Assembly (NCBI GenBank): GCA_963727775.1
Contig: CAVSHB010000002.1
Coordinates: 672,001-736,000 of the forward strand
Direction: 5' to 3'
Source of the DNA: an uncultured Nitrospiraceae bacterium
GTDB taxonomy: Bacteria; Nitrospirota; Thermodesulfovibrionia; Thermodesulfovibrionales; SM23-35
Length of the DNA stretch: 64,000 bases
The notes below the pieces were generated by a model that saw nothing but the letters and a program-made list of their open reading frames with translations, ran no database searches and was not told the origin of the DNA. The position numbers and the translations under genes were made by a program. Positions 10,134 to 19,803 of the stretch are shown piece after piece (position 1 is the first letter of the stretch; each line of letters starts with the position of its first letter).

Positions 10134-10979
10134 CTATACCTTTACCACCACCAGCACCGCACGTCCCGAATGCCCAATGACCCTTTCTGTCACGCTGCCC
10201 ATCAGCAGCCGTTTAACGCCCGTCCGTCCATGACTGCCGACAACAATGATATCTGCATTTTTCTGATCAGAGGTTCTTACTATAACCTCGTAAGGTGTGC
10301 CTTTCAGAGTAAGAATTTCCACCTTTATCCCTTCTTTTTCCGCAATCTGCCTTACTCTTTCAACACTTTCTTTTGCCGCCGCCAGATTTGTATCTCTTGT
10401 AGCAACGGAAAGAGCGATTAAATTGCTGCCGCATCGCTTTGCTATACTGATTGCCTCTAACGCCGCAGCGTCACTATATTTTGAACCATCCGTTGCAGTA
10501 ATAATATTTTTATAGCTGACTTTCGCAGCCTCTGGTACGACCATGACATTGCAGGGCGAATGACCTATAGTCTTTGCAGTTACGCTTCCCATCAGGAGTC
10601 TCTTGAGCCCTGTTCTGCCGTACCTTCCCATGAAAATCATCTCTACGTGTTTTTCTGCTGCTTCATCAACGATGTACTGAAAAGGTTCCTCGCCTTCGTG
10701 AATAATTATCTCGCATTCAATATTTTCCTTCGAGGCCCTTGCTTTTATCGACTCCAGATGCTGTCTTATCTGTTTTTCATATCTCTCAAAAACCCCCGGA
10801 GCATTCGCCATAAACTCAGGATTTGTCTCAATCACCGATATCGCGTAAATCTTGCTTGAGCATACCTTTGCCAGGTTTATCGTCTCTCTGACAGCTCCCT
10901 CGTTTAGTTCGGATCCGTCCGTGGCCAAAAGCAGTTTTTCCAATCTCGCCGTGGGGCAACATACCTGTTGTTCGCTCAT
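10134..10979 (-). CDS. Universal stress protein, tandem USP domains
   Basis: LLATDGS, MGRYGRTGLKRLLMGSV, GSHGRTG motifs. Confidence 0.95.
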   Translation of the reverse strand: MSEQQVCCPTARLEKLLLATDGSELNEGAVRETINLAKVCSSKIYAISVIETNPEFMANAPGVFERYEKQIRQHLESIKARASKENIECEIIIHEGEEPFQYIVDEAAEKHVEMIFMGRYGRTGLKRLLMGSVTAKTIGHSPCNVMVVPEAAKVSYKNIITATDGSKYSDAAALEAISIAKRCGSNLIALSVATRDTNLAAAKESVERVRQIAEKEGIKVEILTLKGTPYEVIVRTSDQKNADIIVVGSHGRTGVKRLLMGSVTERVIGHSGRAVLVVVKV

Positions 10980-10980
10980 A

Positions 10981-11403
10981 TTAATGCCCTCCTGATTTTA
11001 GGATTCCGCTTGCTGCAAGAGTCAAAACAAGTACTTCTATGATAGCAATTACCACATAAGCTGTATCTTTCTTCCGTATCAGAATCGGCAATATAACGAG
11101 GTAGCATAAAATAGTGAGCCCTGCGAGGATTGCTATCCCGATGAAATTCAGATAATCCCCTTTATTTGTCATTGCTAACCATGCCCATCCGGTAGGTGCG
11201 TGGAACATGTGGATGAAATCTTTTGACTTCATGCCCCAGTATTTAGGGATATCCTGGGGTGGAATAAAGGATGACAGTATCCCGGACATATAAATAATGA
11301 AGGTTACCACCATGACGGCAAGCCCAAAAAACATTACAAGATTTAAAACTTTTGCATATGCAACCTGTTCTTCTGATGCCAGTGTTCTTTTTTCCTCTGC
11401 CAT
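10981..11403 (-). CDS. DUF1634-like membrane protein
   Basis: PTGWAWL..GDYLNFIGIA; three TM segments; lies downstream of a TauE gene. Confidence 0.8.
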   Translation of the reverse strand: MAEEKRTLASEEQVAYAKVLNLVMFFGLAVMVVTFIIYMSGILSSFIPPQDIPKYWGMKSKDFIHMFHAPTGWAWLAMTNKGDYLNFIGIAILAGLTILCYLVILPILIRKKDTAYVVIAIIEVLVLTLAASGILKSGGH

Positions 11404-11412
11404 TTTAACCTC

Positions 11413-12483
11413 CTATTTCCAAATTTCAAGCCCTTTAAGCAGAGACCTTAACCCTGCAAAGAGCAGAAGACCGATGACCATCCACTTGATTGCCTTTGGC
11501 TTTGTTCTTGCAAGTATCTTGACGCCAACGATAGAGCCGAGCATTATTCCGATAACTGATGGAATAACGATCATCGGAAGCACTGCCCCCGCATTAAGGT
11601 AAATCCATGCAGCCGAGGTATCTGTTATGGAAAGTAGAAACTTGCTTGTGGCAACAGATATCTTCAGAGGCGCACCCATGAGTAGATTCAGAGCCGGGAC
11701 GTTTGCCCATCCTGCGCCGAGACCGAACATGCCGGCCATCACCCCGATAACTATGAACAATAACAAGCCCGGAAGGGTACGATGAACATTCCATTCAACG
11801 TCTGTTCCCAGAGATTCCTCCCTATAGATTCCCATAATCCCCAAGGACTGAGATAATGCATCAGCCTTCGGGACAACCGGGAAATCAGATTTTTTTGCCG
11901 TCGCCATAATTATAACTATCCCTAAGATAGTTGCGCCGAGCAGGATATTTACTAATTTCGCGGGAAGCGCTAATCCTATCATGGCTCCGACTATTGCCGC
12001 TGCTGATGCAATCAGTGCTACCGGAAGCGCGAGGCGAAGATTGGCGAGGTTTCTCTTAAGGAGACCCGGGCCTGCCGCAAGCGCACCGCATAGAGCTACT
12101 ATTAAACCTGCACCTCTGACGAAGTCAATATGAAAAGGGAAAAATCCTCCGACGAGCGGGACAAACAACACCCCGCCTCCGACACCGCCGAGTACGGCTA
12201 AAATGCCCAGTATAAATGTGAAAACGAGTAAAATAACGGACCACCCCCACCATGGGATACTTGAAACTGACGATGCTGCTGCCGGGGCTTGTGAAGTCTG
12301 TGCTGCCGCCGCCGGAGTCTGCGGACCCGGTGGTGTTATCGCCTGGGTCGGTGCTCCATGCGCCGTTACCGCCGGCGCCGCCGGCGGTTCAGCGGACGCG
12401 AACACACTAACAACGAAGAAAGCCAATATCAAAGGTACCGCTGCAACGACCAAACATTTTGACAATCGCTTTGACATAGTCAC
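11413..12483 (-). CDS. TauE/SafE family permease with Pro/Ala-rich N-terminal linker
   Basis: GGVGGGVLFVP and GLGAGWANVP motifs. Confidence 0.9.
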   Translation of the reverse strand: MTMSKRLSKCLVVAAVPLILAFFVVSVFASAEPPAAPAVTAHGAPTQAITPPGPQTPAAAAQTSQAPAAASSVSSIPWWGWSVILLVFTFILGILAVLGGVGGGVLFVPLVGGFFPFHIDFVRGAGLIVALCGALAAGPGLLKRNLANLRLALPVALIASAAAIVGAMIGLALPAKLVNILLGATILGIVIIMATAKKSDFPVVPKADALSQSLGIMGIYREESLGTDVEWNVHRTLPGLLLFIVIGVMAGMFGLGAGWANVPALNLLMGAPLKISVATSKFLLSITDTSAAWIYLNAGAVLPMIVIPSVIGIMLGSIVGVKILARTKPKAIKWMVIGLLLFAGLRSLLKGLEIWK

Positions 12484-12749
12484 TCGTTTTTCCTCCTTCT
12501 TTTATTTTTCTTTCAGATTTTTTTTGTTATCTTGGACTTCCCAAAATCCTATTGAAATCCTATGTTTTTATTTGCAACGTGCCAGTTGTATTTCGCAACA
12601 TAAATTATCTCGAATATCATAAATTTTGTGATACAAAGAAGTCAAGTATACAATCCGAATCCGAGAAAAAATCTAACAGGAAATACACCCCGGTTGAGGT
12701 GGTTTTCTCGGTCCATCTTCGATTCATTATGACAAAGAAGGATATCATC

Positions 12750-12817
12750 AAATAGAGGATATGAGGATACTCAAAGACACCGACCATCAACTCCTTTACA
12801 GGTTTTTTGCCCGGCAT
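12750..12817 (-). pseudogene. 5' remnant of a probable CBS-domain gene
   Basis: RBS AAGGAG followed by MPGKKPVKELMVGVFEYPHI, then unrelated sequence. Confidence 0.45.
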
Positions 12818-12830
12818 ATAGAGCTCCTTT

Positions 12831-13568
12831 TTATGTTGCATTTCTATCCAATTCCATCAGAAATTTAAATCTGTCGGTTTTTTTTATCGTGCGTGAGTAC
12901 ATAATCAGAGTTTCGGCTGAGTAAAAATATTGAGTTAATAAGATAGCCGGCGAACCCTCGGGTAACTTGATGAGAGCAGACTCATCGGGGTTGAGATATG
13001 TTATCTCTGCATTATTTTTTATCTTCGTAATCTTAATGCCGTATTTTTTTTCAAAAAGGTCAAAGAGAGAATTCTGCTCAATGTCCTCTTCCAGGAGGAG
13101 AGGGCAAATATGGTAAGGTATGTAAGATTCCTGTAATAAAACCGGCTCATTGTCTGCAAGGTGTAACCGCTTGATATAAATGATGTGTTTATCATTTGGG
13201 ATGTCCAGCTTTATGTCCAGTCCGTCGATGGGCATAATTACGGTCCTGGCAAGAATATTCGTAGAGAACGTCAACCCTTCTTCAAATAAGAATTCTCTGA
13301 AGTTTGTCAACATGGGCATGCCCTCAGACACCATGTTTCTGTAAATAAATGTGCCTTTACCCTGCTGGCGCTTCACATAGCCCTGTCTCACAAGTTCCAG
13401 GACAGCAGTCCTTACTGTTGCCCTGCTCACATTAAACATTTTACACAGGTAGTCCTCAGTAGGAATTTGAGAACCGACAGGCCATTCGCTATTCTCAATT
13501 TTTTTCTTTATAATTTCGTAAAGTTGTAAATAGAGTTTCTGATGATCGTCTCTGTTTATCAGTTCCAT
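12831..13568 (-). CDS. GntR/HutC-family transcriptional regulator (wHTH + UTRA)
   Basis: LYLQLYEII...IPTEDYLCKMFNVSRATVRTAV...RQQGKGTF. Confidence 0.93.
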   Translation of the reverse strand: MELINRDDHQKLYLQLYEIIKKKIENSEWPVGSQIPTEDYLCKMFNVSRATVRTAVLELVRQGYVKRQQGKGTFIYRNMVSEGMPMLTNFREFLFEEGLTFSTNILARTVIMPIDGLDIKLDIPNDKHIIYIKRLHLADNEPVLLQESYIPYHICPLLLEEDIEQNSLFDLFEKKYGIKITKIKNNAEITYLNPDESALIKLPEGSPAILLTQYFYSAETLIMYSRTIKKTDRFKFLMELDRNAT

Positions 13569-13617
13569 ATTATAATAAAGTTATAATGATATTACAAAAC
13601 TACATTAAGATAAAAAC

Positions 13618-13646
13618 AGTATAATGATATAAAATAACTTTGTCAA
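13618..13646 (-). promoter_or_regulatory. Sigma-70 promoter of the gntR gene
   Basis: TTGACA-N17-TATACT on the minus strand. Confidence 0.75.
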
Positions 13647-13764
13647 GGTTTTTTTATGTGCTGTCAGTTACGAATTAAAAGTGAACCGTTATAATCGAAT
13701 TTACGAATTAAAAGTGAACACCTGAGAAAGTGTAATATGAGCATCAAAAAAGGAGGCTCGTATT

Positions 13765-15021
13765 TTGACACAGTTACACAGGAAGTTCACCGATGAACAA
13801 GTCAAGGAACTGATCGAGAAATATCTAAGGGAAGAGGTAGGGAGAAAATATCTCCAAGAGATTCTTGGGATTAACAAAACAAGGTTCTTTGCTTTAGTAA
13901 AAGCATATCGTTATAATCCTTCCGCATTCACGATACAGTATGTACGGAAAGGCAAAACCCGAGCGATACCCGAAGCGGTAGAATTCAATATTTTAAAAGA
14001 ATTAGTAATTGAGAAGAAGTTGATAGAGGACAAAGATGTACCCGTCCGCTCTTACAACTACAGCTATATCAAAGATCGTCTGGAAAGGCAATATAAGCAG
14101 ACGGTGGCTCTATCTACGATCATTGACAGAGCCAAGAAGAACGACTTTTATCTGAGGAAGCCAAAAAGAACCGTTCATGACCGGGAAGTATTGACCAACT
14201 ATGCCGGGGAATTGATCCAGCATGATTCCTCCTATCACCTTTGGGCACCGAACGCGCAAGAGAAATGGTATTTGATCACTTCTCTGGATGATTACAGCCG
14301 TTATATCCTCTACGCAAAATTGCTGAAGAAGGAAACCTCGTGGGCACATATCCTCGCTCTGGAAAGCCTGATCCTTACACACGGCTTACCCTTCTCCTAT
14401 TATGTTGATTCACACTCTATCTTCCGGTTTGTGCAGGGCAGAGACTCTTTCTGGCGCAAGCATCATAAGATAACTGATGAAGCAGACCCTCAATGGAAGC
14501 AGGTTCTATATGACTGCAACGTAAAAATCATCTATGCATTATCTCCCCAAGCAAAAGGGAAGATTGAACGGCCTTATCAATGGCTCCAAGATAGACTTGT
14601 CAGAACATGTGTCAGAGAAGATGTGGCTGATATAAGTCGAGCGCAAACTATACTCAATCAGGAAATCCACAGATATAATTACCGTCAGGTACATTCCACA
14701 ATTCAGGAAGTCCCATATTTCAGATTCCAAAAAGCATTAAAAGAAGGTACGTCCCTTTTTAGACGGTTCAAAGTTATCCCTCCCTATCAATCCCCCAAAG
14801 ATATATTTTGTCTAAGGCTTAACAGAACTGTTGATTCTCACCGTAGAATATCCATCAATAACCTGGTCCTGAAAATTAATCATGTTACCCCAGGTGAAAA
14901 GGTGAATATCCGCATTTATCCCATGAACAAGATTCTCTCTGAAGTCAGATTCTGGTGCAACGGCCACCTCGTTGACGTCCAACGAGCTAAAAATAAGGAT
15001 TTGAATTTGCCGATATGGTAA
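13765..15021 (+). CDS. DDE transposase, IS1202/ISNCY type
   Basis: GELIQHDSSYHLW, LDDYSR, YYVDSHSIF, SPQAKGKIER. Confidence 0.93.
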   Translation: MTQLHRKFTDEQVKELIEKYLREEVGRKYLQEILGINKTRFFALVKAYRYNPSAFTIQYVRKGKTRAIPEAVEFNILKELVIEKKLIEDKDVPVRSYNYSYIKDRLERQYKQTVALSTIIDRAKKNDFYLRKPKRTVHDREVLTNYAGELIQHDSSYHLWAPNAQEKWYLITSLDDYSRYILYAKLLKKETSWAHILALESLILTHGLPFSYYVDSHSIFRFVQGRDSFWRKHHKITDEADPQWKQVLYDCNVKIIYALSPQAKGKIERPYQWLQDRLVRTCVREDVADISRAQTILNQEIHRYNYRQVHSTIQEVPYFRFQKALKEGTSLFRRFKVIPPYQSPKDIFCLRLNRTVDSHRRISINNLVLKINHVTPGEKVNIRIYPMNKILSEVRFWCNGHLVDVQRAKNKDLNLPIW

Positions 15022-15026
15022 AGCAA

Positions 15027-15069
15027 AAATGAACGAAGTGAAAAACGCACTCTTTCACTTCGTTCATTT
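15027..15069. terminator. Perfect 17-bp hairpin after the transposase stop
   Basis: AAATGAACGAAGTGAAA-N9-TTTCACTTCGTTCATTT. Confidence 0.6.
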
Positions 15070-16910
15070 CCTTCCTATTCCGTCCTTTAACAAGGGTTCA
15101 CTTTTAAAAAATTGCTAACAGGTTTTTTTATGTGCATAATTTGCGTATAATTAAAGTCATGTTTAATTTTTTTAAAATTTTCAACAAATCCTCTGAGATG
15201 AAAACAGAGAATAATGTAAAAGAAATTTTAACGAAGAAATATTCTTATTTTCAGAAGCTTCTTTCAACAAACAACCAGGTCCTTGAACTTATGGCCGATA
15301 TGGAGGAAAAGTTTTCGGGTGAATACCTTTTCGGCATGCATTATATAAAAACAAATGCCCGTCTTATCAGGCATGAGGTCTTGAAGATTATTGAAAACCT
15401 GAATGCGCTCTCTAATAACAGATACCCACACCTTTATAAAATCCATCAAAATATCAGCGAAGAGATAGATAAAATATTGATGTATAAAATGTAGGTCTCG
15501 GTCAGCGATCTCACTGTCCCAGAAGAAAAAAGGGGAAGACAGTGTCTCACAGATGAACAGATTAAAAATCTGGCTCGCTATGCGCTTATGTTGGAACAGC
15601 ATTACGGATCGCCTCAGGACATTGAATGGGCGATCGGCAGCGATCAAAAGATATATATCCTGCAATCAAGGCCTTTAAGGATGCTCGATCAAACAGCGTC
15701 AAATATCTGTGTGCCCACACGGTTTGAAGGCTACAACATTGTTCTCGATAAAGGGGTGATTGCAAGCAAAGGCGTCGGTTTCGGCAAGGCATTTATTCTT
15801 AAAGATGAAGAAGACCTGAAAAATTTCCCCGAAGGGGCTGTGCTTGTGGCAAAGCATACTTCACCTAAATTCGTGACTGTCATGAATAAGGCGGCAGCCA
15901 TTATTACTGATGTCGGCAGCGCTACAGGGCACATGGCATCTCTATCAAGAGAATATCGTATCCCGACTGTTCTTGATGCTGAAATAGCAACGAGCATCAT
16001 TAGGGACGGGCAGGAAATAACAGTGGACGCCATCAACTGCAATATATATGAGGGGAGGTTGGATGAGCTCATCGAGTACGCACAACAGAAGAAAGAACCT
16101 TTTAAAGACACGCACTTGTTTAAGACATTCGAAAAAATATTAAAATGGGTAGTGCCGTTGCGGTTGGTGGATCCGGATGATGAAAACTTTAGGCCTGAGT
16201 ATTGCAAGACTTTTCATGATATAACTCGTTTCTCGCACGAAAAGTCAATGCTTGAGATGTTCAGTTCAGGAGAAGACCATGAGATTAACGATGTAAAAAC
16301 AGTTACGTTGTCTGCCGGTATACCAATCGATATGCATATGCTGGATATTGATGGCGGGATCAGAGATAACATTGCAAAAGCAACCCTTGAGGACATATTC
16401 TCGGTGCCTTTTATCGCCATCCTAAAAGGCATGCGAAGCATGAGATGGCCTGACCCGAACCTTGTTGATGGGAAAGGGTTTTTAGGGATGATGGCGCATG
16501 CATCGTCCGTCCCGGAAGACCAGCTCTACGAGATGGGGAAGAGGAGCTTTTCTGTTGTATCCGGAAACTATATGAATTTCAGTATACCGCGCGGTTATCA
16601 CTTTTCGATGATTGAGGCGTATGCAGGTGAAAATATTAATAACAATTATATAAAATTCTTCTTCAAAGGAGGCGAGGAGATTGCGCCGCGTCAGGCTTAT
16701 ATCGGAGATATTGAAGAAGATGGGATTTAAGGTAAGTGTTAGAGAGGATGTAATAGACGCTGCTCTTACGAAATATAAACAGGCAACCATAGAAGATAAA
16801 TTGGAGACGATGGGCAAACTGACAGCGTATACCAAACAATTGGATATGGTTCTGTTTAATGATGCCGTGGCAGACATGTATATCGAACAATTCATTAAGG
16901 AGCATATTAA

Positions 16911-18531
16911 CCCAAAAAATGCAGTTGACCTAAAATAATATCCCCAAAGAAATTCTCCTTTCGTATTAGAATCAATAGGTTTGACCGACCATCAACTCTA
17001 AACGAAAGGAGAATAGAAATATGCAGTCAAAATGTAGCACAAACATTGAAATAAATAAAGTGAGGATTGGATTTACGGAGAAGAAGCTGACTGCATATGG
17101 GGGCTTCAGTTTATTGGCGGCATTCTTTGAAAAGGTCAAATTGAGAGGGATATTGCAAGAGGTGATTCCGGTCCATGAGAGTTCGCCCAATGGAATGGGG
17201 ATATACAGCAAGGTATTGGCGTACATACTTCTGATCTATGCGGGAGGCAGCAGGTTTTCTCATCTGCTTTATCTTGGCTGGCAGGAGATTTTCACTGATC
17301 TTTTTGCAGTGAAGAGGCTTCCTCTAGCCTCGACGACATTGGGCAGGCTTTTCAGGAAGATCAGGAAACTGAAGGATGTGGAAGAGATGTCGGAGGGGTT
17401 ATGGGGATACTTGAAGAAATTGATTCCCTGGGAGGAGCTCAAAGAGGACTGGTTGACGTTTGATTCTACAGTCCTTGAGAGATACGGCAAACAGGAGGGG
17501 GCAAAGAGGGGATATAACCCGAAGAAGAAGGGCCGTGGTAGCCACAGCCCGCTTCTGGCATTTCTGAACAAGAGCAAATATGTGGTGCATCTGTGGAATC
17601 GTCCGGGCAATGTGATGTCATGGAATAATATCATTGGATTTTTCGAGTCCACATGGCAGAGGATCAGCGAGCATATTGATATTAAGGGTGTTATTGCGGA
17701 CAGCGGATTTTATCTCAGGGAATTTATCGAGCTTTTGGAGCGGAGAAAATTAATCTATATCATAGCCGCTCGTCTGTACCATCCTTTGCAGAGAATGGTT
17801 TATGCACAACAAAATTGGCAGCAGATAGAGGATGGAATATGGATCACGGAGTTTCTTTTTCAGCATGCGGATTGGATAACCGACAGGAGATTCATTGCAG
17901 TTCGGCAGGATATAAAGAAGAGACCGCACGCGATGGGAAAGGAGCTGTCTCTCTTTGGAGATGAGTTTGATACAGGTAACTATCGTTATAGCGTATGGAT
18001 AACCAATTCGCATGATCCTGCATATGAGGTATGGAAGCAGTGCAGGCCGAGGGCAAACGATGAAAACACTATCAAGGAACTGAAAGAGGATTTTGCGCTT
18101 GGTGGGTTCTCGATGAAGTATTTCTATTCAACAGAGGCGGCGATGCTTATCCGGGTATTCATCTACAATCTGTTTGTCCTGTTTCGACATCAGATACTGG
18201 GGCAGCAAGAAAAGATAGAACGCTTGAAGACCTTGCGGTATAAGTATTTTGTACTCCCCGCTCATTTGGGATGGGATGGCAGGAAGCCTGTATTGCGAAT
18301 ATCCGTCTTTACGCAGAAAGTACGATCAAAACTGTTATACCTCTTTAACCGCATAGGACAATACTTTCCGCCCGGTATCGGTATTTGCACTGCAGTTGGA
18401 AGATGACAATAAAATTCAAAAGGAGATGTGCCAAGAAACAGTGCAAAGATTAGCTTTGCTAACGCTAATTCCGATAATGCCTTGATGGGCTTGTATCTAC
18501 AGGTATGTCTTTTCTATCTGCACTTTTCGGG
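16911..18531 (+). mobile_element. IS1380-family insertion sequence
   Basis: IRL CCCAAAAAATGCAG vs IRR(rc) CCCGAAAAGTGCAG (12/14); TTAA duplication at 16907-16910 and 18532-18535. Confidence 0.9.
17021..18406 (+). CDS. IS1380-family transposase
   Basis: LTAYGG, TFDSTV..YGKQEGAKRGYNP, ADSGFY, RANDENTIKELK. Confidence 0.93.
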   Translation: MQSKCSTNIEINKVRIGFTEKKLTAYGGFSLLAAFFEKVKLRGILQEVIPVHESSPNGMGIYSKVLAYILLIYAGGSRFSHLLYLGWQEIFTDLFAVKRLPLASTTLGRLFRKIRKLKDVEEMSEGLWGYLKKLIPWEELKEDWLTFDSTVLERYGKQEGAKRGYNPKKKGRGSHSPLLAFLNKSKYVVHLWNRPGNVMSWNNIIGFFESTWQRISEHIDIKGVIADSGFYLREFIELLERRKLIYIIAARLYHPLQRMVYAQQNWQQIEDGIWITEFLFQHADWITDRRFIAVRQDIKKRPHAMGKELSLFGDEFDTGNYRYSVWITNSHDPAYEVWKQCRPRANDENTIKELKEDFALGGFSMKYFYSTEAAMLIRVFIYNLFVLFRHQILGQQEKIERLKTLRYKYFVLPAHLGWDGRKPVLRISVFTQKVRSKLLYLFNRIGQYFPPGIGICTAVGR

Positions 18532-18574
18532 TTAAGGACAATGTACCCTTCTCAAAGGCTTCGTAGTCCTTTAA

Positions 18575-18812
18575 CCCCCGATAATGCATACATTGTTCAA
18601 AGATTTATTTACCCCGATATATTAATCGTATTTTTCAGTTAAATACAAATCACAATTTGTAAAGATTTTCTTATGCACCGGACGCCAGGCGGAATCGCAA
18701 AGATGGCTGTCTGTTTGGATTTGTATGCCCATATCCTGTTCCTGAAAGCATCATCTACTCTAATAGGCGTATAGGCTATCATCGCAACAAATACCAGAAG
18801 CTTAAAATACTT
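18575..18812 (-). mobile_element. Possible degenerate remnant of a second IS1380-like element
   Basis: TTAA followed by CCCCCGATAATGCA (similar to the IS1380 IR); broken minus-strand frames AMIAY / LLE*MML / IFAIP resemble a transposase C-terminus. Confidence 0.35.
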
Positions 18813-19021
18813 GAGATTGAAGGGATGGTATTTTTCTATTAAAGAGATTAATACGTTTTTGAAGCTAAAAATTGGAAATTCCTTTCAGCCAAGGATTCGT
18901 CCTTATAAATTTTTTATTTAAATCTCAGTCCTACAATAACAGAATATCACTGAAAAAGTTAAGATAGTAAGGAAACAGAAATCAGTGGTAGGATGAAATA
19001 ATATTAAGGCGGGGATAACAC

Positions 19022-19729
19022 ATGAAATTACTTTGGGCTGTAATATTGATGTTTATTAACTTGTCGGCTTTGGTTTTATTTGACGGGGCAGCTTTAGCAG
19101 AGAAACAAAGAGTCGTCTCAGATATGAATGAATACGGAGGCAAGACTGTAGAGACAACGTATGAACCGGGGGACAAGCATTATGGCGATGTCCTGAAGGA
19201 AATGATATGCCTTGATATTAATGATAAAGTGATAAAAGTGGAACACTTCTACACTGAGAAATTTGCCAATGAGAAGGGGTATGACAAGTCGACCGCTTAC
19301 TATGACAGCAACGGCAAAGTTACAAAAGAGGAGCAATTCTATACAGAAAAGTTCGTCAACAACAAAGGTGGCCTCAAGTCAATCGCTTACTATGACAACA
19401 ATGAAAAAATGACGGAGATAGAATCCTTCTATACAGACAGATTTGCCGGTGAAAAGGGATACGGCAGGACAATAGCCTACTATGACGGCAATGACAAAGT
19501 GACAAAACTGGAATCCTTCTATACCGGCAAGTTTGTTGATGAAAAGGGGTATAACAAAACAATCGCTTACTATGACGGCGCCGGAAAAACAATAAAGCTG
19601 GAATCTTTTTTTTCAGACAAGTTTGCCGATGAAAAGGGATTTAATAAAATAATAACCTACTACGACGGCAATGGCGAAACTGCAAAGACGGAATATTATA
19701 TGAACAGCGTGCTGATTCAGACAAAGTGA
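19022..19729 (+). CDS. Secreted protein with five tandem 30-aa repeats
   Basis: Signal peptide (AALA-EK); DxNxKVTKxExFYTxKFxxEKGYxKxIAYY units with exact 90-bp period. Confidence 0.85.
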   Translation: MKLLWAVILMFINLSALVLFDGAALAEKQRVVSDMNEYGGKTVETTYEPGDKHYGDVLKEMICLDINDKVIKVEHFYTEKFANEKGYDKSTAYYDSNGKVTKEEQFYTEKFVNNKGGLKSIAYYDNNEKMTEIESFYTDRFAGEKGYGRTIAYYDGNDKVTKLESFYTGKFVDEKGYNKTIAYYDGAGKTIKLESFFSDKFADEKGFNKIITYYDGNGETAKTEYYMNSVLIQTK

Positions 19730-19803
19730 TCTGACCTTTTATTATTTCTATAATGTGATATGCTTTGATAAAAAGAATATTAAGGCATGTTAAGGAGGTG
19801 GAA

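Larger units (their letters stand above)
13662..15120 (+). mobile_element. IS1202-family (ISNCY/IS481-related) insertion sequence with 15-bp target duplication
   Basis: TGT...ACA ends; IRL TGTCAGTTACGAATTAAAAGTGAACC vs IRR(rc) TGTTAGCAATTTTTTAAAAGTGAACC; GGTTTTTTTATGTGC at 13647-13661 and 15121-15135. Confidence 0.9.
15159..18566 (+). pseudogene. PEP-utilizing enzyme (PEP synthase/pyruvate,water dikinase-like) pseudogene
   Basis: PQDIEWA, LQSRPL and phospho-His motif GSATGHMASLSRE; in-frame TAG at 15492; most of the ATP-binding domain missing; frameshift near 16680; last codons displaced to 18536-18566 by IS1380. Confidence 0.8.

Noticed and set aside
13640..13665. IS1202 insertion beside a XerCD/dif site
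   Set aside because: No dif-like sequence is visible, and the dif-targeting subgroup makes short duplications rather than 15 bp.
15492..15494. In-frame TAG as pyrrolysine or programmed readthrough
   Set aside because: The same gene has a domain deletion, a frameshift and an IS insertion, so a nonsense mutation is simpler. Other genes here use TAG as a normal stop.
19200..19700. 90-bp periodic repeats as a CRISPR array or DGR template
   Set aside because: The units are degenerate, in frame and inside a coding sequence with a signal peptide. No cas or reverse transcriptase gene is in the window.
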